Source of the DNA: a virus
Lineage: Duplodnaviria; Caudoviricetes
Length of the DNA: 64,000 nt
Reading direction: 5' to 3' (one strand)
Virus record (IMG/VR): IMGVR_UViG_3300031994_000010
Coordinates: 1-64,000 of that record
This document shows, one piece after another, positions 23,595 to 37,431 of the stretch. The translations under genes and the position numbers were made by a program. Every line of letters begins with the position of its first letter. Within the stretch, counting starts at the first letter, position 1. Below the pieces are notes generated by a model that worked only from the letters and a program-made list of their open reading frames with translations, searched no databases and was not told the origin of the DNA.

Positions 23595-26500
23595 GAAAAA
23601 CAGCTACGAATTAGTTTGGGGATGGGTTAGTAACTGATTTCCATCCCCTAACTGCTAAAAATACTACCTTAGTAGATGCATTAAATGCCACATTGGTAAC
23701 TGCTAAAGGTAATGAAATGATATTACAAAACGATGCTGGAAATATTTAGATAAAAACTGGAAATGGCTCTTATGTTAAGCTAAAAGATGGATTTATACCT
23801 ATTGGTATTAAAGAATATAATGGAGTACTTTATATTGTTTCTTATGATTCTGTTAATAAAAATGGTGAGATAGGTTCTTATCCAGGATTTGATGTAGGAA
23901 AGGGAGTAAAATATTATCAACATACTGAAGTAATTAACGATCCTCTTTATCCACGACCTATTTATAAGACAGTTTATTATAAACTAGTATCCTAGTAGAC
24001 ACCTAAAAAAGTAAATGATTATAGACCTTTCTATAATTTTATAAGTCCTTCTGAAGACTCCGACGATAATATAGATGATATTAAATATGGAGGAAATGTT
24101 GTAAAAATATCTAATGAAGAAGAATTACCAGAAAATTCTCAGTTAGTATATACTACCAAAGAATTTAACACTACTAAGTTTAACTTTGATTTGGGGCATC
24201 CAGTAAATATAGAAATTTAGCCGTCCTATGATGGTTCAGTTAATTTAATACTAACTGATGATAAAAATCCACCTCGATTAATAAATAGTGGATTTCGTGT
24301 ATTAGAAAATGGGGAATTTTCTTAGCCAAATAGAAATGATAATAGAGAAAATATCTATACTGAAAACGATTTTGATCTACAAACTTCTTTAATTAAAAGA
24401 ACTGATAAATTTCCAGTTGTAGAATATAATGGAGTTATAAATAACGGTAATCTTAAAGTTGGAAACTATACTCTATATTTTAAATATGCTGATGATGATG
24501 GAAATGAAACTGATTTTATTGCTTGGTCAAATATGATTTCTATATTTAAAGGTAATGATGGAGATCCATTCTCTATAGATGGTGGGATAGAAGATATGAA
24601 TGCTAATAAAAGTATTTCTATAACTTTATCTAATCTAGATTCAGCTTACAGATATATTAAAGTATATTATTCTCGTACTTCTTCTGCTATAGACTCTAAT
24701 AGAATACCTTAGGCATATAGTATTGATAAAAATTTCTAGTATGATAAAAATATTTGTAATATTACTATTACTGGAGATGAAAATATAGAATAGATTCCTT
24801 TATCAGAATTAAATACTTAGTATTTTGTAGCAAACACAGCTAAGACAGAAGCCTAGTGTTAGAATATTTTATTTTTAGGGAATTCTACCACTGCTGAAGT
24901 GGATTATACTAATTTGACAAACTTAAGTTTGTATATTTATCCAGAAGGAATAAAGAAATTATCGTCCTAGGTTATAGGAACAGTTAATCCTAAGGATTAT
25001 ACTACAACAGATGGAGGAGAATATTATAATACAAAGAATATTTATTACCATGTAGGGTATTGGAATGAAGAATTTTATAGATTAGGAATTGTTTATATCT
25101 TAAACGATAATACCAAAACCCCAGTATTTAATATACTAGGAGGAAATCTATAGTTTTCAAATGATACTACAACAGGTTAGTTAGAAGGATTAGATACTAT
25201 AAAACTGACAGAAGAAGCAGATGTTTCTGGATGTGTTATACCTTAGCCTGATTTAAAAACTGTTGAAAATGCGGATTATTTTAATTATAATACTTTTTTA
25301 AATAAACGTGGTGTAATTCATTTTGATGATACTTCAGAAAATTAGTCTTATGTTTATAGTATAAAAATAAATATTCCACCAGAGGTACAAAAGAAATTAA
25401 TAGCCTTAGGAATTAAAGGTTACTTTATAGTAAGATAGAAAAGAATTCCTACTATAATGTGCTAGGGATATACACTCCCTTGGGATAAAGAGGCTAAAGT
25501 CCCTATTGTTACATATCATGGTTATAGGGAATTAAGTAAAAACTTTGAGGTAGACAATATTTATAATGCTAAAGATGCTACAAACCATTATTTTGTAGAA
25601 TCTTTTATGCGACAGTGTTCTGAAGAAATGAGTACTGATAAAAGTTCTGAAGCAAGAGTGGACGTAACTGGGGCTTTACTGGATAAACAAATTATAAATA
25701 GTTATTATCCTAGACTACATTTCATCCCAGAATATGCTATTGATAACCAAATGGTTGCTTCTGAAAAGTAGGATTCAACATCAGATAGCAATAAATCTAT
25801 ATATACTATAGATGGAGATATTATCTATGAAACGGTTTATTTAGAACTGATAAAATCTTATTCTAATATATTAGAATGCATCAAATATTCTTCTGGAATT
25901 ATAAATATAAGATATAATTATGGTTCATCTACCTGGGAAGTTTTAAGTATTGATGTATCGAGTCTTATTTCTAATATCGACGATGTTGTAATTGAATATA
26001 GTATAGACGGACAAAATTATCAATCAGATTCTAGTTTTAAATCCGATACTGAGATTGTTTAGAAACCTCTTTATATACAAGCAAAATTAAACGACACTAC
26101 TTATCCAATTCTTGGAGGAAAACAAGTATTCTTTAAGAAAGACAATTTATATAATAATACTAAAGTTAAGATTGATAAGGGTTATGTAAAAAAGCATTGG
26201 AATGAATAGATAACAACTGAATATGTATTAAAATATGATGGTGTAACTTTATTAACCGAACAAGATAAAGACGTTGATAGAATAGAAAAGTATTATTTAA
26301 ATAGACTCATTGCAGCAACTAAGAAAAATATAAAAAATGAGTCTATTGATATAAGTCTTTATAAACATTTTTATAATTTATATAAATATTGTGACGGAAA
26401 ACAATTAACAGCTATTTGTCCAGAGTTTGAAGTTAGATAGGATTATTACAATTCTTTGTTTACTGGTTCTAAATATAATATAAAATATCCAAAACTTCAA

Positions 26501-29149
26501 TATCCATATTTAACTACATCATCAGAGAGGCTTTATAATATTGGGAAAGACCCTACTTCTAATGAAGAAGAAAAAGATATTTTTAAAATTATTTCTGTAA
26601 CCGACAATGTTCCAATCGTTGCCATTGACCATACTATATTTAAATCAGTAATAGGGTCAGAAGCAGAAGCTTACAGATTCTCATATATAAACGAAGAGCA
26701 TTGTGCATATAGAAGAAATTTATCATTATCTGGACAAGATAATAATTCAGAAAATAGACATGATTTTAATCTAGTGAGAGGAATATACTCTCCATATTTA
26801 GGAATAGTATCTAATAAAGAACACAATAATAATTATTGTAAGTTATTTAATATATATTATCCAGGAACTTTTACTAATGAAGGTAATTTAAATAGTGAAT
26901 CTTTATTCACTATAAGAATTAACAACAATTCTGCATACTATCCTATTACTAGTATAAATAAATTAGAAAAAGATAGTTCTTCAGAAATTTATAACGGAGA
27001 CTGTTTCTTATGTACTTTTACACATAGAGTAAATAGAAACTTTAATGACCAAGTCGCTCCTACTAATGACCATATTTTAGATTCAGAAACTTGGCAAAAG
27101 AATTATGATCCTGATACTACCGCCAGTAATGAGAAAAGTAAAGGAATAGAAAAACTCAACCAAATAAATAGAGGAGATGTTAATGCAGTTAAATTAGGTA
27201 GTTGGATAACTATTAGAGTAAAAGCTTCTTATAATTTATCTATTAGATCTCTTGATGAATCTCATCTTCAAGAAAAAGGAATTATGGGAAGAGCAAGAGG
27301 TTTTTATCCTCTACAATAGGCATCAGCTGACGGCGGATTTAAAATTCCTAATTCTTATGTAATTAACGATGCTTTTGGAGCCACCACAGGTGAACAATAT
27401 TATACTCCAATTATAGATGCTCCTTATATTAACACTGATTATTCTACTCGTATAGCATATTCTGATATAGATGTTACTGGTAATTTCAGAAATGGATATA
27501 GAATATTTAGAGGATAGCATTATAGAGATTATACTAAACAATATGGAGCTATAATTAAGTTAATTGAATTATAGAGTAATCTTTTATGTGTTTTTGAACA
27601 TGGAGTAGCACTTATTCCAGTAAACGAAAGAGCACTCGCAGCCGAAGGAAGTGGCGGAGAAGTTTACATAAACAACTCTAACGTTCTTCCAGAGACACCA
27701 AAAATACTTAGTGATATGTATGGCAGTCAGTGGGCAGAAAGTGTCGTCAAAACGCCTTACTATATTTATGGAATAGATGCGGCCAGAAAGAAGATTTGGA
27801 AGACTAATGGAGTGCAATTTGAGATAATATCTGATTTTAGAATTGAACAATTCTTAATTAATAATCTTACACTTCCAGAAAATGACATTTTACCTTGTTT
27901 AGCTATAAAAAATATTGCTTCTCATTATAATGCAAATAAGTCAGATGTAATATTTACGTTCTATACAAGACCATTTGAATGGAAAGACGTTACAGATAAG
28001 TGTGGAAAAATAATAGGACATGAACCAATACTTTCTACAGAAATTCAAGATGAATTGGCTTGGAGTATATGTTATAATGAAATTCTTCAAAAGTTTGAGA
28101 CTTTCTATTCATGGATTCCTTTGGTATCTGCTAATATAGATAATGAATTCTATTCATTTGATAGAGAATGTAGTAGAGAAATATTGTTAAATTAGGAACA
28201 AGCAGATCATAAAGGAACTAATTAGAGAAAAGATGAAACTGGATATCATAAACCAATAACAGATCCTTATTTATGGAAACATGGAAGTATTGGTACAGAT
28301 AGACCTAAACCAACTCATTGGTATGGAGAACAACATCCATTTGAATTCGAATTTATAGTAAATGCAGAAGCAGGAGTTTAGAAAGTATTTGATAATCTAA
28401 GACTTATAGCTAACAGCGCAGAACCAGAATCTTTCCATTTTACTATAGAAGGAGATAATTATGACTTTAGTAACGATAAACTTAATATGTTCTTTAGATA
28501 GGAAGCTACTAAAGAATTATTCTAGTCTTTAGGTTCACATATATCTTATAATGAAGAATATGCTAAACTTACTCCTAAACAAAATGTAAAATCTACTATA
28601 TTCCCTTTATATTATAATAGAGTGAAAGTATTTAATGATATATATGATCATTATACTTAGATGCTAGATAAATCCCAATCACGTAATTATTGTGAATTAT
28701 CTGGTTCAGAAATTACTTGGGATTAGAGTTTAGGATAGTTCTTTATTACTACACATATGAAGAATAATATCATAGATGACTCAGAAATAGGTTATTTAAG
28801 AGGTAACTCTAGATATTTAGAAGGATAGTGGCAAATCTAGGTTCCGACAATTACTTTAATGTAGAAGAATGAATATAATTATTGGGATAAAGATGTAAAT
28901 TGGAAAAATGGTAAACCACCAATAGTAATAAATCCATATATTATGGTTAATGATTTGTCTAAATTTACTATTGAAAAAACAGGTCTACCAAATACTTATT
29001 CTTTGGGAGATATAGATACTACTAAGTGGACATTTAGACAGGAAACTAAAATACGAGATAAATATTGTAAGATAAGAATTAGATATAGTGGAGAAAAATT
29101 AGCAGTAATATCTGCTGTAATAACAACATTTACACTAAGTTATGCTTGA
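23591..29149 (+). CDS. Tail muzzle/stabilisation protein, ~1852 aa
   Basis: N-terminus NQFGDGLVTD..P....TLVDALNAT...GNEMILQNDAGN. Also YSTRIAYSD, YRDYTKQYGAIIKL, YGSQWAES, and C-terminal IRDKYCKIRIRY. Track ORFs 26456, 27716 and 28943 share its frame. Confidence 0.78.
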
Positions 29150-31376
29150 ATATAATAATTTTAACTCTAGTATCTCTCCATCCATCAGCAACTACGGTTT
29201 ATAGGAATACTTTTAGTAGCCTGCCGTAGCTGTTGGTGGTGCTATGGAGACTAGTAGTAGTGGAACTGTTAGAGGAATTGGAGCAGGTATTAGAACTATC
29301 GGCGCTCCTTTAGCAGAAAATATAGGCAAAGAAATTGCAACTAAAGGACTTACTAAAAATGCATTAAGTACTGGATTTAAAAATACATTTAATTTTAAAG
29401 GAGCAGCTGGTGCAGGCTTTGGAATGGGAGCTGCAGGAGAGGTTCTTAATGCTATAGGAGGCCCTAAAAGAGAATACTCTGGATATAAAGGAGATGTTAC
29501 TAAAGGTTTAGATGCTGCATATGATGGGATTTAGACCGCTGTTAGTTTTATTCCTGGAGTTGGATAGATAGTAGGTGGTGCTATGGGATTAGCTAAAGGA
29601 GTCGGTAGTATGTTTAATAAATGGGGTGGAGGAACTGACGCAATGACTGATGTTGATGCCACTTTGGGTTCTAACTTCTTTAGTTGGAATGTTGGAGCAA
29701 TTAATGGCTTTACAGGTAAAAAATCTCACACTATGGATAATCAAGACTTCATGAATTAGAATAAACTAGATTAGATGTGGTCAGGATATTCTGGTACTCT
29801 TGATACTGATTTATATGCTTAGACTAAGGCAGGTAAGAAATATGGAGGATTTAGTTCTGGAGCTAGAAAAAGAGCTAATAGAATTATTGATACTGCAAAT
29901 ATGAATAGAGAACATTTATTAGATATGCAAAATGATACATTTACTGGTGATATTAGAGGAAATCTTATGGCAGGTATAAATAACGCAGCTTACAACCAAG
30001 AATTATATGGTGGGATTAAACCTGTATTAGCTGGTAAACAAGGATTAAAATTTAATTAGCTAAAACAAGTAGTAAATTTAGTTCATAATATACCTAGACA
30101 TTCTAATGTAACTCCTTGGGAACCTCAAGATAATGAAATTGATAAATTTTAGTTAGGTGGAACTTTTAATCTTGGAAATCCTCAAGCTTTTAAACAAGGA
30201 GGTTCAATGAACGTAATTCCAGAAGGCTCTTTACATGCTAGATTACATCATATGGAAGATGCCGATGGTTTAACTAAAAAAGGTATTCCTGTAGTTGATA
30301 ATAATGGTAATCAATAGGCAGAAATTGAACTTAATGAAATTATCTTCAGAAAAGAAGTTACTGATAAGCTTGAAGAGTTAGCTAAAGATGGTTCTGCGGA
30401 AGCAGCAATTGAAGCTGGAAAACTCTTAGTAGAAGAAATCTTTGAAAATACTGATGATAGAACTGGATTAATTGAACAAATTACTGGAGAAGCTAATTTA
30501 CAAGGAGCAGAAGTATTTAAAGAAGGTGGAATAGTTAAAGCAGGTTTAGGGGATGAATTAGTAACTCCGATAACCTACAAAGAACAACAACAAAATCAGC
30601 AAAAGGCAACTCAAATTACTACTGCTGATAAAAAGAAATTAAAAACTTCTTTATAGTACGCTAATAGTTTAAATAAACAAGATGCTCTATTAAAGTAGTA
30701 GACAGCCTTAGGATTCACTCAAGCTATAGGCAAAGGTGTAGAAGGACTTATGGATGCATTTAATGGTTCATAGTAGGCTAGATAGAAAAGAGAGGAATAG
30801 CTTAATGATGCTTTTACTAATCAAATGGAGTATTCTAATGAGTTAGCAGATCTTAGAAACTGGATGTCCACAGTCGTAAAACTTAAAGAAGATGAGTAGA
30901 ACTAGGATAGAAAAGAATTATATGCACAAACACATGCTGAACCAGTACTATCTGCTTAGGAAGGTGGAGAATTAAATTTAAACTTTAAAACATATTAGGA
31001 ATTATTGGATTATTTAAAACAAACTGATAGAGATTCAGACGAAGACTATGACTTAGAGGCTGCATTTAATGATCCAGAAGCTTTTGCTATATGGAAGGAG
31101 GAGGAGTTTAAAAATCCTGGAAGTGGACATTGGTCTGATAAATATAAAAAACCTTCTCATTTAACATATAGTATAGAATCTGTTTTAGGAGATGATCCTG
31201 TTAATAATGGAGGAATTTGGTCTCATGTAGGAGATAATGATTTATTTATAGTTAGTGACTATCTTGCTAATTAGCATTCTTTATAGGACTACTTAAGATA
31301 TTTTGCTTAGGAAGAACCTTCTGCATATTTTTAGTATAATGGACAAGTTTATGGTTCTGGGAGGAAAAGAAAATGA
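29142..31376 (+). CDS. Cargo (ejected) protein, C1-like, ~744 aa
   Basis: Gly/Ala-rich hydrophobic N-terminal segments, NVIPEGSLHARLHH...KGIPVVD...AEIELNEIIF, and several xxxGG motifs. Directly follows the muzzle gene. Confidence 0.65.
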
Positions 31377-31951
31377 TTAATATAACACTTGGAAATAAAT
31401 AGTTTAAGGTTCGTGAAGCCAAAACTGATGAAGAAAGAAGAGATGGTCTACAAGGAGTTAAAGAACTTGCACCTAATGAAGGTATGATTTTTTACTTTGA
31501 TCCTCCTTAGAGAGTAGAATTTTGGATGCATAATACTGAAGTTCCTCTAGATATTATATATATAAATGAAGACCAAGAAGTAGTAGAAGTTTATAAAGGA
31601 CAACCTAATGATGAAACTTTACATAGCGTAGAAGATATTGCTTATGTAGTTGAAGTTAATTAGAACTCTGGAGTAAAAGAAGGAGATGATTTAGAATTTG
31701 AAGATTCTGAAGAAGACTCCAAATATGTAATGAAAGTTCTAGCTCCAGATGGAAGTACTCAAATGTAGTTAGAAGGAGGAGAACGTATAGTTAGTAGAAA
31801 ACAGACTAAGATTTTAATACGTAAAGCTAAAAAAGCAAGAGATTCTCAAAGTCCAGATGATTTTAGATCTTTAGGACGTTATATCTTTAAAGTCTTTAAA
31901 TAGTAGGACAACCGAGAACCAGAATATGTAGCTAATCCTGACAAAAACTAA
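31373..31951 (+). CDS. DUF192-family protein with C-terminal cargo-like domain, 192 aa
   Basis: AKTDEERRDGLQG...NEGMIFYF...FWMHNTEVPLDIIYI...YVVEVN matches the DUF192 signature. Has a C-terminal extension QLEGGERIVSRKQT. Confidence 0.75.
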
Positions 31952-31977
31952 GAAATTACATAAAGTTCTAAAAATCC

Positions 31978-32008
31978 TTGGTTTATATGAATATTCTATA
32001 TAGATTTG
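31978..32008 (+). promoter_or_regulatory. Bacteroidota sigma-A-type promoter (-33 TTG / -7 TAnnTTTG)
   Basis: TTG at 31978-31980, a 20-nt spacer, then TAGATTTG at 32001-32008, in one of the few intergenic gaps. Confidence 0.55.
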
Positions 32009-32041
32009 AACTCAATAATTAACCTTTAAATATTTAAAGTT

Positions 32042-32377
32042 ATGAACATTAACATTAGAAATTATCAAAGCGAAATTCAAAAATTTCAAGAAGGTGGTGC
32101 TATGCCTGCTGAGGCTGCACCAGAAGCAGCTCCTATGGAAGCTGCTCCAGCAGAAGAAGCTCCACAAGGTGGTGGAGACCCAGTAATGGAACTTGCTCAA
32201 ATGGCAATGCAAGCACTCCAAGGTCAAGATTGTGAAGCAGCTATGGCTGTATGTGAAGGATTTGTCCAGTTAGTTCAAGAAATGGCTGGCGGAGGCGCAG
32301 CAGGTGCTCCAGGTGCAGCTCCAGAAGGCGAACCAGTCTATAGACGTGGTGGTAAGCTTATCGGATACATGAACTAA
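32042..32377 (+). CDS. Small acidic Ala/Pro/Glu-rich protein, 111 aa, TAG-free
   Basis: Intact in the standard code. FQEGG near the N-terminus and YRRGG near the C-terminus. Flanked by a promoter and a terminator. Confidence 0.8.
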   Translation: MNINIRNYQSEIQKFQEGGAMPAEAAPEAAPMEAAPAEEAPQGGGDPVMELAQMAMQALQGQDCEAAMAVCEGFVQLVQEMAGGGAAGAPGAAPEGEPVYRRGGKLIGYMN

Positions 32378-32387
32378 TTCAGATTAT

Positions 32388-32419
32388 AGGGAGCATAGAA
32401 ATTCTATGTTCCCTTTTTT
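32388..32419 (+). terminator. Rho-independent terminator
   Basis: AGGGAGCATAGA-aat-TCTATGTTCCCT followed by a T-run. Confidence 0.85.
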
Positions 32420-32439
32420 ATTTTAAATAATATTTAACT

Positions 32440-35400
32440 ATGGCAGAACAAGTTATAACTACAGCGGGATAGCCCGCTACACCGGAACAGCCTGCTGTAT
32501 TTATAGCAGGTAATAGAAAATTAGATAAAACTCAATTAGAAAATAGTTTAAGTAGATACTTTGATACCTTTGTTAATGCTTATTAGGGCTCTTGGGGAGA
32601 AAAAAATACTCAAGAAGTAAGATAGGCATATTCTAATATGATGAATGCGATTCATGATGGAAAAGTATCTATGAATATTGATGGGTCATTACAGATAAGT
32701 GATGGCTCAATAGTAAATTCGCCAAATAAAAAAGGATTTGATGCGAATGCAGCAGTTGCCTACTTTGTAAAAAAAGTATCTGATACAATTCCTGATTAGA
32801 CTGTTCAAAAACCTAAAAGTAAAAAATACACAGGAAACACTTTTAGAGGAAATTTCATTAAAAGTTTAACTCCAGATGATCCAGCTAATTTAACAAATGA
32901 ATGGTGGAATAATAACTGGATTAATTTAGACTAGGAAGTTACTGATGAATCTGGAAATAGAAGTAGGCCATACACAAATCGATTGAAAGTATTTTAGAAT
33001 TTCTTAGATAAAGAAATTGCTAATCTAGATAATTATAATGAAGCAGGAGAAGAGTATGGAGATATAGACACTGTTAAACAAAGAATGTTAGACTTAAAAG
33101 AACGGTTAGCTGATGGTGATATTTCTGCAGAAGATAATCTTGCTTTAACAAGACTAGGCTTTGAACCTAGTTTTTTCACAACTCTTGGAACCCCCAAAAC
33201 TGAGGAAGAAGTAGCTGCAGAAAAAGAAGCTGCAGAAAAAGCAAAAGCTGAAGAAGCAGCAGCTGCTGCTAAAGCAGAACAGGAAAGACGTTCTAATACA
33301 GGTGTTTTAAACGTTATAAATGGTTTAACTAATAAAGATTCAGCTACTAATCCATAGGAATATGCTAATTACTTAGCAACAACTTATGGTGTAGGAGAAG
33401 AAGGTTTTAGCAGAATTAACCAAACTATAGAAGGGCTTTTAAACAAAGCATATTAGGGTTCTTTATAGGGAGTAGTTGGATTAAATTAGTAGGAACGAAG
33501 ACAATTAGGAAATTTCATTCACTTTATAAGAACTAATAATCCTGCATATCAAAATACATAGTTAACTCAAGAAGAGTTGGCTGAATTACAAACACATAAA
33601 AACTTTACTGGAGGAAGTGTATTTAAACTTCCTTGGAAAACTCAGGATGGAAGAAGTATATATGCAGATAACGCTGGAAAAGTATACTTTTTAAAACCAT
33701 CTAATAATAAAGAATTAACTTCTTAGTTAAAAGGAACAGACGCTCAGTATAAAAAAGGATTTTTATCTGGTACTGAATAGGGCCAAGCAGTTGCTGCTTA
33801 GTTAAAACTTGATGCTGAATAGTAGCGACATATATTTGAAGATATGCAGCCAGAAGATTTATTAGAAATAACTGCAGCTGCCGATGATACTATAGCACTT
33901 ATAGCTTCTTTTGTACCTGTTTATGGTACAGCAATTGCTGCAGCAGCAAGTTTAAAAAGTTTAGGATTAAGTACTTTAGCAGATGTTAGTAAAAGTATCA
34001 GAGGAAAACAGAGTTGGGGAGATACTGGTACATAGTTACTTACTAATGCAGGTCTAGCAGCTTTAGGTCTCTTACCAGGAGGAAAAACAGCTAGTGTCGC
34101 AGCTAAACTAGGAAAATGGAGTAAGGTATTCTTACGTGCATTACCTTTCTATTAGGCAGCAGGAATCATAACTAATCCAGAACCTTATAAATAGGCTATT
34201 TCTAAAATGGTAACTAGTCCTTAGAATTTAAATGTTGAGGATTTAAATAATCTTAAATATCTTTCTAGTACATTAGCAGGTTCTGCAATGTCTGGAAGAC
34301 AAATTCATTAGTCTGCTAAATATGGTGGAGCAAGAGAAGTTAGTGTTAAAGTTAAAAAAGGAACTGGAGAAGCGGCTCAAGAATCTACCGTAAAAATGAC
34401 TTCTAAATAGGCTTAGGAAATTCATAAAGCTGGAGTAGAAAGAGGTAAAGCAGCTGCTGATTAGAAATTACAAGAAGTAGTAAAGAAACAATCTGGAGAA
34501 CAAGCTGCTAAAGACTTAGTTTTAAACGAGGGAAATTATGCTGAAAAACCAGGAGTGCTCTCAAGAAATTGGAATGCTAGTAAAAATAGAATAACCTCTT
34601 TTACTGATTTCTTCCTTGGAGCTAAAGAACCCAAATTAGGAACTCTTACAGGAAAATCTACTATAAAAGGAAACGAAACTCCTGGATAGGTTCTAAGAAC
34701 TGATTATGATGTATATGTTCGTGGAATGTCCCCAATAGGACGTCCATGGGGAACCAGAACCTCTTCTACACAAGAAGGTGCTGTTTAGGAAACTCCTAGA
34801 ACTGGTGGAGAAGATTCTGAAGCTGTTGCAGAAACCTCTGCAGCTGAAACTCCTAGAATAGGAGCAGAAACTCCTATAGCTACAGAGACTCCTGCAAATC
34901 CAGTTAAAAAACCTTATACCTCTCCTTTCACTAAGAATTATCCACTAGAAGCAAGTTGGGAAAATACATTTAAGCCAAGGAACTTTACTATGTCTATGAC
35001 TAGACATTATAATTTTGCTAAACAAGGACTTACTCCTGAGGAACTAGCTATTGCTGATAATATTAAAGCAAAATGGGCAACTGCTACCAATACGGAGAAA
35101 TAGAGATTTGCGTCACTTATGATGGCTGGAACCAATAAAGTAAAAGCTTAGTAGTTAGAAGCCTAGAGACAAAAAGCAGAAAGTGGCGGTGTAAAGTCTG
35201 ATCAATCAAAAAAGATTTTAGCTAAAGCAAAAAAACTAGAAGGAGGAGAACAACTATTCACTGAAGGAAAAGAAATTAGTAAACTGGAAACTCGTCCTTT
35301 CTATCCAAATATTGATGAAAATGCTGCAGCTAATCGTAATGGTCACGGAGGTTTATCTAGTTCTGATAGAATATACAGTACAGACTTAGGTTTACATGAC

Positions 35401-37431
35401 AAATCTGTCTATTTAGTTATGCATAATGGCAAATTTATGCTCTGGAGATATGATCGCGGATATATGACTTTAAAATTGGCCGAAGCCGAGGGTATAGAAA
35501 TGAACATTCCTGAGGCCATTAGAGCGGTATTAGAAAGTGCTCCACAGACAAATAGAAGAGGTGGAAAACTTCAACAACTTCTTGAATTAAAAAGAAGAGG
35601 AGGAGTAATCAAAGCTCAACAAGGTATACAAATAAATCCTGGAACTTCTTGGTATGGAGATATATTCTCTACTTATAAACAACATATATTAAATCAATTA
35701 AAAACATATGGACAATCATATGCTGCCTGGTTAAATAGTATGTAGGATTCTCATTCAGCTATGTATAAAAAAGCTGGTGATAACTTTTTAAATGTAGCTT
35801 ATAATGGAGATCCTGATTCAGTAAGGAGTTATTAGTAGGATTATCTAAGAGATACTGTAGATGAAGCAGATGGAAGACATCCTTTAGGCTACAATGTAGG
35901 TATCGCAAATGCTGCTAAGAAAGGACGTTATAAAAGACTTGGAACTGCTGGTACTGGTACAGACTGGTCAACTACTAGTTATCAACCTGATGGATTATAC
36001 AGTGGAGAAACTGATGATAGAAGAATTCTTGGTAGACAAGGAGATTTTAGCGACGAATAGTTAGCAGAACTTCAGACGGAATTAAAACCCCATGGTTTTC
36101 ATTTATATTTAGATCCTAGTAATAATTATTATAAATTAGGTAGATTTGGAGACAATGGAGAATTAATAAGTCTAGCAGGAGACTCTTTAAACAATTTAGC
36201 TGGGCCTTAGAATCCCAGTTCTTAGAATCCCACTGCTCCTACTGAAGGAGGTAATCCTCAACCACCTAGTTTAGCAACTCCTGGAATTAGTGGAAGTTAG
36301 GTAACAGGAGATAAATAGGCTTAGGGTGTTGATTTAGACAAGTATAGACTACAAGAAAATCTACCACAATTATTAAATACTAGTATGTCTATTGCTAGTA
36401 TGTTGGGTAATATAGGTACAACTAATAGTAATTATAAAACAGCTGTACAAGCTCTGCGTCAACTACGTTTGCTTGATCCAGCATAGAAATATCATCAAGT
36501 TATGGATGATTACGCTGGAAATTAGTTAGCTGCTAATCAAGCTGCTACAGTAAGGAACAGAGCTAATAAAGCAATCTCTTCTGATAGAGCATTTAATGAA
36601 GCTAGAGCATTAGAAGGTGAGAATAAAGCTCTGGATTTAGTGAGACAACAAGCTACTTAGGACTAGAAAATTAGATAGTAGCATGCTTTAACGGCTGAAC
36701 AGTATGGAAATGAAAATAGAGCAGCACGTATTGATGTTGGTAATAAGAATGGTTAGTTAATGTATGATTTAGCTCAAAAGTTAGGTAATGCTGAATAGTC
36801 TAAGCGTTTAGCTAACTGGACTTCTATTGATAACTTTATAAAAGAAAATATTTTCAAAGGTTAGCAAAAGCTCGATAAGAGAGAGGCTATATTAGAAAAT
36901 TGGAAAGCACAAAGACTTGGTGGAAGAAATGCTTGGATTAATAGAAAACTTCAATCTGATCCAGAATATCTACGAGCACTATCTGAGTATGAAAAAATTA
37001 GCAAAAATACCGATGCTACTGAAGAAGAAAAACTTGCAGCAGTTAAAAAAGTTAGACAACGAATAGCTGAAGTATAGTTAGAAGCAGGTAGAGGTTGGGA
37101 TTAGGAATATGCTAAATTATATGGACTACCTTATTATGAATATGATGACCCATTTGAATAGGCACTATCTATATACTAGAGATATAATAGTCCAGTAGCT
37201 AGTGTTACATCTCAACAAACTCCCACAGGAACTCCTGTACTTAGAAAAGGTGGAGTATTAGATGCTTAGGTAGAAGCTTTAAAAAGTATTAATTCTAGAG
37301 CTAATTCTTAGGACGTTACTGAACGTGAAAGACTAAGAGCTAGAAAAGCCGATGCAGATAGATTTATGAAATCTATTTGGAAAGCTATGGATATGTATAT
37401 ATAGCAAACTAAAAATCTAAATAAAAAATGA
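32440..37431 (+). CDS. Large putative cargo/ejection protein with hydrophobic helices, ~1663 aa
   Basis: Track ORFs 33085, 33844 and 35419 share one frame. TM-like segments IALIASFVPVYGTAIAAAASL and LLTNAGLAALGLLPGG. Internal RRGG/AQQG motifs. Confidence 0.65.

Noticed and set aside
31952-32041. Suppressor tRNA in intergenic gaps
   Set aside because: The gaps are short and AT-rich, with no cloverleaf or T-loop consensus.
33200-33280. GCTGCAGAAAAAG-type short repeats
   Set aside because: They encode a low-complexity EAAEK helical linker. There is no spacer structure, so this is not a CRISPR array.
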